Assembly (NCBI GenBank): GCA_041671145.1
Contig: JBAZBZ010000014.1
Span: 1,727-65,726 of the forward strand
Direction: 5' to 3'
DNA length: 64,000 bases
Source: Bacteroidales bacterium
GTDB taxonomy: Bacteria > Bacteroidota > Bacteroidia > Bacteroidales > JAHJDW01
The position numbers and the translations under genes were made by a program. The number at the start of each line of letters is the position of its first letter. Position 1 is the stretch's first letter. The notes under the pieces were generated by a model. The model ran no database searches. It worked only from the letters and a program-made list of their open reading frames with translations, and was not told the origin of the DNA. Below, in pieces: positions 57,048-64,000 of the stretch.

Positions 57048-58271
57048 ATGTTAAAAGAAAAATATTCCAAAATCTTTGTTTCTCTTCCCGTTCTTGATGA
57101 ACGGGATTACTTACCTTTTTGTTTAAAAGCATTAGAAAAACAAACATTTCGCAATTTCGAAGTTTTTATTTGTGTTAATCAACCTGATGAATGGTGGAAC
57201 ATTGAAGAAAAAAAACAAATTTGCATAAACAATCAGAAAACATTGGAATTTTTGAAAAGCTATAAAAAAATTTCTGTTAAAATTATTGACAAATCAAGTA
57301 AATATAATGGATGGAACAATAAGAATTTAGGAATCGGCTGGGCAAGAAAAACAATTATGGATAAAATTTCTTCGTCAGCAGATAACGACTATTTAATTGT
57401 CAGCATTGATGCAGATACAGTTTTTAATGAAAATTATTTTACTTCATTAATAAATATTTTTAATAAAAAACCCGAAGCAGTTGCCATGTCAGTTCCCTAT
57501 TATCATAATTTAACCAATGATGAAGTTTCAAATAAAGCAATTCTTCGATATGAAATTTACATGAGATATTATTTGCTCAATCTTTTCAGAATAAATTCTC
57601 CGTATTCATTTACAGCACTTGGTTCGGCAATTGTTATTCCGGTTTGGGCATACAAAAAAACAGGAGGAATTACTCCAAAGAAAAGCGGTGAAGATTTTTA
57701 TTTTCTTCAAAAACTTGCAAAATATGGAAAGATTTTAAATTACTGTTCTGAAAAGGTTTTTCCTGCTGCACGTTTTTCCGACAGAGTTTTTTTCGGAACA
57801 GGACCTGCTATGATCAAAGGAGCAAAAGGAGATTGGGAAAGTTACCCGATTTATGATTATTCTTTATTTGATGAAATAAAAAAATCTTACGAATTAATTT
57901 CATTATTATTTCAAAAAAATATTGAAACTAAATTTTTAGTTTTTATAGAAAATCAATTTAAGTCAGATAACTTATGGAAACTTCTGCGAAACAATTCAAC
58001 ATCATTTGAAAAATTTAGAAAAGCATTTCATGGTAAGGCAGATGGATTAAGGATTTTACAGTTTTTAAAATCAGAACAAAAATTAATAAACAAAACAGAT
58101 GAAAATTGTTTAATGGAGTTTCTCAATAAATTTTATAAAAATGATTTTATAAAGACAGGCATTGATTTGCAAACATTCTCTTTTTCCGATTTATCAATAA
58201 ATACATTGAATAAAATAAGAAATTTTTTATTCGAAGCAGAAGAAAATTATAGAAAATCGAATACATTCTGA
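57048..58271 (+). CDS. Family 2 glycosyltransferase
   Basis: N-terminal VSLPVLDERDYLPFCLKALEKQTFRNFEVFICVNQ and the DxD-type SIDADT motif. Confidence 0.75.
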   Translation: MLKEKYSKIFVSLPVLDERDYLPFCLKALEKQTFRNFEVFICVNQPDEWWNIEEKKQICINNQKTLEFLKSYKKISVKIIDKSSKYNGWNNKNLGIGWARKTIMDKISSSADNDYLIVSIDADTVFNENYFTSLINIFNKKPEAVAMSVPYYHNLTNDEVSNKAILRYEIYMRYYLLNLFRINSPYSFTALGSAIVIPVWAYKKTGGITPKKSGEDFYFLQKLAKYGKILNYCSEKVFPAARFSDRVFFGTGPAMIKGAKGDWESYPIYDYSLFDEIKKSYELISLLFQKNIETKFLVFIENQFKSDNLWKLLRNNSTSFEKFRKAFHGKADGLRILQFLKSEQKLINKTDENCLMEFLNKFYKNDFIKTGIDLQTFSFSDLSINTLNKIRNFLFEAEENYRKSNTF

Positions 58272-58326
58272 ATTTCGGATTTTTTAATGGCACGGAATTT
58301 GAAACATATTTATTAAATTTGCATTC

Positions 58327-58749
58327 ATGAAAAAAGTTATATATATACTTACTTCTTTGTTTTTATTATTTTTTACTTCCTGTAAGAAAGATGACAATAC
58401 AAATACATCAAACGAAGACCCAAGAACTAAATTCGAAGGTACATGGACTTGTAAAGAAACATGCAAGAAAGACGGTTCTTTTACGGCTTTTCCCGTTACA
58501 ATTTCGAAAAATACTTCAAATAGTACGGAAATATTAATAGCAAATTTCAATAATCTCGGTCAAACTGATAATTTACATGCAATAATTACTGGTTATAATT
58601 TTACAATTCCACAACAATCTTATACATCATCAAACTATCCGGTATCAGGAAGCGGAGCAATTGATAGTAAACAAACTTCAATAAATATGAACTATTTGGT
58701 TAATGAAGGAGCACAAACAGACGAATATACTGCCGTTCTTACAAAATAA
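58327..58749 (+). CDS. Small lipoprotein, hypothetical (lipocalin-like size)
   Basis: Lipobox LFFTSCKKDD; 140 aa. Confidence 0.6.
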   Translation: MKKVIYILTSLFLLFFTSCKKDDNTNTSNEDPRTKFEGTWTCKETCKKDGSFTAFPVTISKNTSNSTEILIANFNNLGQTDNLHAIITGYNFTIPQQSYTSSNYPVSGSGAIDSKQTSINMNYLVNEGAQTDEYTAVLTK

Positions 58750-58752
58750 AAA

Positions 58753-59682
58753 TTATTTATAAGCAATGGATATTTCGAATTGCACCAAATCAACAAATTC
58801 CTGAATTCGGTTTTTTATTTCTTCTTTGGTAAGATTTATCAATTTTTCTGTACCGAATTTTTCAACAGTAAAAGATGCCATTGCAGAACCCATGATAATT
58901 GCACCTTTTAAATTTTCAAAAGAAATATCTTTTGTTTTATCAAGATAACCGATAAAGCCACCGGCAAAAGAATCGCCGGCACCAGTGGGGTCAAAAACTT
59001 CTTCGAGAGGAAGTGCCGGAGCAAAAAATACCTGCTCTTTATCAAATAATAATGCACCATGCTCACCTTTCTTAATGATGAGATATTTTGGTCCCATTTC
59101 CATGATTTTTCTTGCTGCCTTAATTAAAGAATATTCGTTACTCAACATTCTTGCTTCTTCTTCATTAATGGTAAGCACATCAATCATTTTAAGAACTTCT
59201 TTCAAATCATTCATGGCAGTATCAATCCAAAAATTCATTGTGTCTAACACAATAAGCTTAGGTCGTTTTGTCAATTGCTGAATAACTTTTTTTTGAATTA
59301 AAGGAGTAAGGTTTCCAAGCATCAGAAAATCAGGTTCTTTAAATTTTGCGGAAACAACCGGGTCGAAACCGGCTAAAACATTTAATTCGGTAACCAATGT
59401 ATCGCGTGTATTCATATCAATATGATATTTTCCCGACCAGAAAAAAGATTTTTCTCCTTGTTTTATTTCTATCCCGTCAAGATTAATATTCTTACTTTTT
59501 AATAAATCAGTATAATCTTTTGGGAAATCATCTCCGATAACGGAAACCAAACCCAAATTTTGTGTAAAATAAGACGCTGCCAATCCGATATAAGTTGCAG
59601 CACCTCCAATTATTTTATCGGTTTTACCGAAAGGAGTTTCAATTGCATCAAAAGCAATTGTTCCAACAATAAGTAAACTCAT
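58753..59682 (-). CDS. PfkB-family carbohydrate/nucleoside kinase
   Basis: N-terminal GGAATY-type motif and C-terminal DPTGAGDSFAGGF signature. Confidence 0.85.
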   Translation of the reverse strand: MSLLIVGTIAFDAIETPFGKTDKIIGGAATYIGLAASYFTQNLGLVSVIGDDFPKDYTDLLKSKNINLDGIEIKQGEKSFFWSGKYHIDMNTRDTLVTELNVLAGFDPVVSAKFKEPDFLMLGNLTPLIQKKVIQQLTKRPKLIVLDTMNFWIDTAMNDLKEVLKMIDVLTINEEEARMLSNEYSLIKAARKIMEMGPKYLIIKKGEHGALLFDKEQVFFAPALPLEEVFDPTGAGDSFAGGFIGYLDKTKDISFENLKGAIIMGSAMASFTVEKFGTEKLINLTKEEIKNRIQEFVDLVQFEISIAYK

Positions 59683-59700
59683 AAATATCTATATTTTTTG

Positions 59701-59708
59701 CAAAGATA
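59701..59708 (-). promoter_or_regulatory. Bacteroidota -7 box (TAnnTTTG) for the PfkB kinase gene
   Basis: Plus-strand CAAAGATA is TATCTTTG on the minus strand, 19 nt upstream of the start at 59682. Confidence 0.45.
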
Positions 59709-59731
59709 TTGTTTATTTGATTTTTTACAAT

Positions 59732-59739
59732 TACTTTTG
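59732..59739 (+). promoter_or_regulatory. Bacteroidota -7 box (TAnnTTTG) for tRNA-Asn
   Basis: TACTTTTG lies 34 nt upstream of the tRNA 5' end. Confidence 0.4.
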
Positions 59740-59773
59740 CAATCCGAATTTTAAATTTTTTATAAACAAAAAT

Positions 59774-59847
59774 TCCTCCCTAGCTCAGTTGGTTAGAGCA
59801 TCTGACTGTTAATCAGAGGGTCGCTGGTTCAAGTCCAGCGGGGGGAG
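59774..59847 (+). tRNA. tRNA-Asn (anticodon GTT)
   Basis: Hand-folded cloverleaf. Acceptor TCCTCCC/GGGGGGA (one G-U pair), D arm GCTC-AGTTGGTTA-GAGC, and anticodon arm TCTGA-CTGTTAA-TCAGA. Then variable loop GGGTC, T arm GCTGG-TTCAAGT-CCAGC, and discriminator G. No CCA is encoded. Confidence 0.95.
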
Positions 59848-59850
59848 CAA

Positions 59851-59874
59851 ATCCTGCGAAAGCGGGATTTTTTA
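59851..59874 (+). terminator. Intrinsic terminator after tRNA-Asn
   Basis: ATCCTGC-GAAA-GCGGGAT stem-loop followed by TTTTTT. Confidence 0.75.
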
Positions 59875-60045
59875 TTATGTTAAACCTAACAGGTTTTAAA
59901 AACTTGTTAGGTGGGAGTACTTTTAAAAATAACCTCTCTTATTTCTTAATTTTGTGCAATTATGGAATAAAACGCAAAAAATTTGTTTATTGTAATAAGT
60001 TAAAACGATTTATTCCCAAACAATTTGCAAAACAAGTATTTTTTT

Positions 60046-60053
60046 TAACTTTG
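60046..60053 (+). promoter_or_regulatory. Bacteroidota -7 box (TAnnTTTG) with upstream TTTG (-33-like) at 60024-60027
   Basis: TAACTTTG lies 23 nt upstream of the ATG at 60077. A TTTG sits 18 nt upstream of the box. Confidence 0.5.
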
Positions 60054-60076
60054 CACGCTTAAAAAATTATAAAAAA

Positions 60077-61855
60077 ATGGAAAATAAAAAAATTTTAAAA
60101 AGCGGTGAATTTCTTGTAGAAGAAACGGAAGCAAAAAATGTTTTCATACCCGAAGAATTTAATGAAGAGCAAAAAATGATTGCTCAAACATGTCAGGATT
60201 TTCTAGAAACTGAAATATATCCCAAGCTTAATGAAATTGACGCCGGCAAACATGAAATTATGGTTGCTGCATTAAAAAAAGCAGGAGAACTTGGTTTATT
60301 GGGAATAGCGCTTCCTGAAGAATACAATGGCTTCGGGCAAAACTTTGTAACGCAAATGTTGGCAGCTGAAACCATAGGAGCAGGATATTCTTTTTCTGTT
60401 GCTTTCATGGCGCACAGTGGAATAGGAACTTTGCCGATTGCATATTACGGAAACGACGAACAGAGAAAAAAATATGTTTCAAAACTTGCTACCGGTGAAT
60501 TTATCGGAGCATATTGCCTCACAGAACCTAATGCGGGCAGCGATGCCAATTCGGGAAAAACACAGGCAAAACTTTCCGAAGACGGAAAAAATTACATTAT
60601 CAACGGACAAAAAATGTGGATAACGAATGCTGGATTTGCCGATGTGCATACAGTATTTGCAAAAATCGACAACGACCGATGTTTGAGTGCTTTTATTGTT
60701 GAAAAAAATTATCCGGGTGTTGTTATTAATGTTGACGAAAAGAAAATGGGTATTAAAGGTTCTTCTACTGCTCAGATTTTTTATAATGATGTAAAAGTAC
60801 CTGTTGAAAATCTTATAGGCACGAGAGGTGAAGGATTTAGAGTTGCCTTAACCATTTTACACATGGGACGCATTAAGCTGGGTGCTAATGTTCTTGGCGC
60901 AGCTAAAAAAGCCATCAATGATTCGGTCAGATATTCTAATGAAAGAAAGCAATTCGGAGTTTTAATATCAACATTTGGCGCAATCAAGCACAAACTTGCG
61001 GAACAGGTTGTAAAAACTTTTGCAATTGAATCGGCGGTTTATAGAGTAAGTAAAAATATTGACGATTTAATAGAACAAAATAAAAAAAGCGGAATGGACA
61101 AAGGAAGAGTTTCTATTGAAGCAATAAGTAATTATGCAGTTGAAGCGGCAATTTTAAAAGTATACGCATCGGAAGTGCTTGATTTTGTCGTTGATGAAGC
61201 GGTTCAAATACACGGAGGTATGGGTTATTCGGCAGAAATGGCAGTGGAAAAGGGTTATCGCGATTCGAGAATCAACCGTATTTTTGAAGGCACAAATGAA
61301 ATAAACCGACTTCTTGTTTCAGATACGGCAATGAAAAAAGCAATGAAAGGTGAATTTGATTTATTTGGAGTTGCCGAAAAATTATCATCAAATCTTTCTG
61401 ATATTGCTGAAAAGAAAAATAATAATGAAAATTATTTTGTCGAAAAGAAAAGATATATAAGAAATTTTAAAAAAGTTGCATTATTAGCAATCAATGCAGC
61501 AACAAAAAAATTCGATAAAAAACTTATAAGCGAACAGGAAGTACTAAATAATATTTCAGATATAATGATGGAAGTTTATGTAGCTGAATCTACATTGCTG
61601 AGGGTTGAAAAACTTGAAACGTTAAAAGGAAATGATGAAATAAAAACTTATAAAGATATTCTTGATGTATTAGTTTTTGATGCTGCTGAAAAAGTAAGAA
61701 AATCTGCTGTTGACGCATTCTCATCAATAGAAGATAATGCTGATAAATTAATAAGAGCAGCAAACAATTTAACCGAAGTATCAACAGTTAATATTAAAAA
61801 TGCACGTAGAAGAATTGCCGATAAATTAATTGAAGAAAATAAATATAAATTCTAA
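60077..61855 (+). CDS. Acyl-CoA dehydrogenase family protein (long form)
   Basis: CLTEPNAGSD, QKMWITNAG and IHGGMGY...RINRIFEGTNEI signatures; 592 aa. Confidence 0.9.
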   Translation: MENKKILKSGEFLVEETEAKNVFIPEEFNEEQKMIAQTCQDFLETEIYPKLNEIDAGKHEIMVAALKKAGELGLLGIALPEEYNGFGQNFVTQMLAAETIGAGYSFSVAFMAHSGIGTLPIAYYGNDEQRKKYVSKLATGEFIGAYCLTEPNAGSDANSGKTQAKLSEDGKNYIINGQKMWITNAGFADVHTVFAKIDNDRCLSAFIVEKNYPGVVINVDEKKMGIKGSSTAQIFYNDVKVPVENLIGTRGEGFRVALTILHMGRIKLGANVLGAAKKAINDSVRYSNERKQFGVLISTFGAIKHKLAEQVVKTFAIESAVYRVSKNIDDLIEQNKKSGMDKGRVSIEAISNYAVEAAILKVYASEVLDFVVDEAVQIHGGMGYSAEMAVEKGYRDSRINRIFEGTNEINRLLVSDTAMKKAMKGEFDLFGVAEKLSSNLSDIAEKKNNNENYFVEKKRYIRNFKKVALLAINAATKKFDKKLISEQEVLNNISDIMMEVYVAESTLLRVEKLETLKGNDEIKTYKDILDVLVFDAAEKVRKSAVDAFSSIEDNADKLIRAANNLTEVSTVNIKNARRRIADKLIEENKYKF

Positions 61856-61865
61856 CTTAAAACAA

Positions 61866-62387
61866 ATGAAAAACACCAATAAATTATTTTTTGCAACAAT
61901 CGTTTTGACTTGTATATTTTATAGTTGCGGCAAATCAAAACAAGAAGCAAAATTCAGTAATGACATGGAACAGGAAAAGTACTGGATAAACTTGCAAACC
62001 ATAACAAAAGGCGATGCACATTCTGGTAAATATATTTGCAAAATGGATAGTACAAAAGAATATAGTTTCGGATTTGGCAGTAAAATTGAAGATTTTACAA
62101 CTAAAATTCCGAAAAAAGTTAAGGTTAATTTTTTCAGTTATGCAAAAAATTCATGTGAAGGAACGGGGCTTGTAATTCAGATTGATTCAGCAGCAGGCAA
62201 AAATATTTTCTGGATTTCAGGAAATATTTCAGGAAAACTTAGCAAAATGAATGAATGGGTTGAAATAAATGAAATATTTAATTTACCTGCAAAATTAAAA
62301 CCTTCCAATGAAATAAAAATTTACGTTTGGAATCCCAAAAAGAAAGAATTTTATATTGATGATTTTAATGTAGAGTTTTTGTTCTAA
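61866..62387 (+). CDS. Lipoprotein, hypothetical
   Basis: Start chosen at MKNTNKLFFATIVLTCIFYSCGK (lipobox). The ORF-track extension overlaps the upstream gene. Confidence 0.6.
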   Translation: MKNTNKLFFATIVLTCIFYSCGKSKQEAKFSNDMEQEKYWINLQTITKGDAHSGKYICKMDSTKEYSFGFGSKIEDFTTKIPKKVKVNFFSYAKNSCEGTGLVIQIDSAAGKNIFWISGNISGKLSKMNEWVEINEIFNLPAKLKPSNEIKIYVWNPKKKEFYIDDFNVEFLF

Positions 62388-62614
62388 AATAATTTTGAAT
62401 AAAAACTTAGAGATTGTTTAAATTATATTTTGTTTAAAGTTTAAGGTCTAAAGTTTAAAGTCATGTATATTGAACTTCAGAACATAAGAATAAGATTAAC
62501 AATAAAAAAAATCAACATATAAATTTCAAAATTTTTAAAATTGGAAAAAAAATAGTAAGCTCAAATAACAAAAACTTTAAACCTTAAACTTTAAATTTTA
62601 AACAACTTCTTAAT

Positions 62615-63886
62615 ATGAGTATTTCGGAATCGGATAAAAAATTAATCTGGCATCCTTATACTCAGATGAAAACTTCCAGAACACCAATTCCTATTGTTAA
62701 AGGAGAAGGCATTTATGTTTACGATGAAAACGGCAAAAAATATATTGACGCTGTTTCGTCGTGGTGGGTTAATCTTCACGGACATTCACATCCTTATATC
62801 GCGGAAAAAATAAGCGAGCAGCTGAATGTGCTGGAACATGTTATTTTTGCGGGGTTTACTCATCCCAAGGCAGTTGAACTTGCAGAAAGATTAATAAAAA
62901 AACTTCCCACCAATCAGTCAAAAATTTTCTATTCCGATGACGGTTCAACTTCAGTTGAAGTTGCCGTTAAGATGGCTTTTCAATATTGGCATAATAAAGG
63001 GGTAGAAAAGAAAAAAATCATTGCTTTTAAAAATGCTTATCATGGCGATACTTTCGGAGCAATGTCGGTGAGCGGACGTAGTACATTTACAGAATCATTT
63101 ACTTCATTTTTATTTGATGTTATTTTTATTGATGCTCCCGTTAAAGGAAAAGAAGAAGATTCAAAAATGCAATTAAAAAAAGCAATTAAAAATAATACTC
63201 CGGCTGCTTTTATTTTCGAGCCATTGATACAAGGCGCAGGTGGAATGATTATATATAACCCGCAACCACTTGAACAGCTTATTGAAATTTGTAAAACCAA
63301 CGAAATATTGACAATTGCCGATGAAGTAATGACAGGATTCGGAAGAACAGGAAAATATTTTGCAACTGATTACATTAGCGTAAAACCCGATATGTTTTGC
63401 CTTTCAAAAGGACTTACCGGCGGAACATTGCCTCTCGGAATTACAAGCTGCACCGAAGAAATTTACAATGCTTTTCTTTCTGATGATGTAACTAAAACAT
63501 TTTTTCACGGACATTCATTCACTGCCAATCCTATTGCCTGTACTGCAGCTATTGCAAGCATGGATTTGCTCGAAAGAAATGAATGTCGGGAAAATATTAA
63601 AATGATTGAAAAAGAACATAATAAATTTTGTGAAGCATTAAAAGGAAATTCAAAAATAAAGAGAGCCGAAAGCAGAGGAACAATAATGGCTTTGGAAATA
63701 GTAACCGGCGAAAATACTTCTTATGTAAATTCATTAAAAGATAAAATTTATAATTTTTTTATTGAAAGAGGAATAATACTTCGACCGTTGGGAAATGTTA
63801 TTTATTTTATGCCGCCGTATTGTATAAAAGAAGAAGAAATTAAATTCGTTTATAAAGCTATTTTGGGTTTTTTAAATGAAGTTTAA
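62615..63886 (+). CDS. bioA: Adenosylmethionine-8-amino-7-oxononanoate aminotransferase
   Basis: LIWHPYTQMK, SSWWVNLHGH, ADEVMTGFGRTG and LSKGLTGG (PLP Lys) motifs; 423 aa. Confidence 0.9.
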   Translation: MSISESDKKLIWHPYTQMKTSRTPIPIVKGEGIYVYDENGKKYIDAVSSWWVNLHGHSHPYIAEKISEQLNVLEHVIFAGFTHPKAVELAERLIKKLPTNQSKIFYSDDGSTSVEVAVKMAFQYWHNKGVEKKKIIAFKNAYHGDTFGAMSVSGRSTFTESFTSFLFDVIFIDAPVKGKEEDSKMQLKKAIKNNTPAAFIFEPLIQGAGGMIIYNPQPLEQLIEICKTNEILTIADEVMTGFGRTGKYFATDYISVKPDMFCLSKGLTGGTLPLGITSCTEEIYNAFLSDDVTKTFFHGHSFTANPIACTAAIASMDLLERNECRENIKMIEKEHNKFCEALKGNSKIKRAESRGTIMALEIVTGENTSYVNSLKDKIYNFFIERGIILRPLGNVIYFMPPYCIKEEEIKFVYKAILGFLNEV

Positions 63887-64000
63887 TTATAAGTGTAAAT
63901 CACTAACATCCTAACATTATAAATTAAATTTCAATTGATTACAATTAAGTTCTTTGAAATCTTGTAGATAATAGTCGTCAAACAATTGCTGTATGGGGAT

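Noticed and set aside
62432-62602. Inverted AAACTTT-type word arrays upstream of bioA as a possible riboswitch or regulatory RNA
   Set aside because: The sequence is extremely low-complexity A/T, with only a 14-bp perfect complement separated by 135 nt. It has no resemblance to any riboswitch I know. It is kept only as part of the word-array observation.

Overview
AT-rich chromosomal segment with clear Bacteroidota hallmarks: T9SS type A and type B C-terminal sorting domains, an ECF sigma/FecR/TonB-receptor/DUF4249 locus, DUF1573 and DUF4197 proteins, and TAnnTTTG -7 promoter boxes. About two thirds is housekeeping: pth, recJ, mnmG, ybeY, nadA, a superoxide dismutase, fba, uvrA, yajC, nusB, bioA, tRNA-Asn and an acyl-CoA dehydrogenase. 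The accessory content has four parts. (1) Two tandem paralogous beta-propeller surface proteins; one is a 2286-aa T9SS substrate with 15 tandem 70-aa Ig-like repeats and a 630-nt higher-order DNA repeat. (2) A duplicated two-gene cassette (small T9SS-sorted protein plus fibre-like or collagen-like secreted protein). It is bracketed by two copies of a conserved leader carrying a short Cys-containing ORF, and is followed by a C1 peptidase and a DUF4197 gene. (3) An MNT/HEPN toxin-antitoxin pair. (4) An ECF-sigma locus whose sigma gene lacks a canonical start codon, with a bipartite motif (AGGGT-N14-GTGTATTAT) present three times. I do not see a recognisable multi-gene defence-type system. The most unusual signals are non-coding. 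The first is a structured repeat family (3 copies) with conserved loops and covarying, mutually exclusive hairpin arms; one copy is embedded in the 5' end of the TonB-receptor gene. The second is a perfect 20-bp inverted repeat bracketing 150 bp that holds the only promoter-like box upstream of nadA. The third is an identical 14-bp palindrome on both sides of mnmG. The fourth is a set of long hairpins whose arms are themselves 7-8 nt tandem word arrays. All calls come from reading the sequence and ORF translations; no database search was run.
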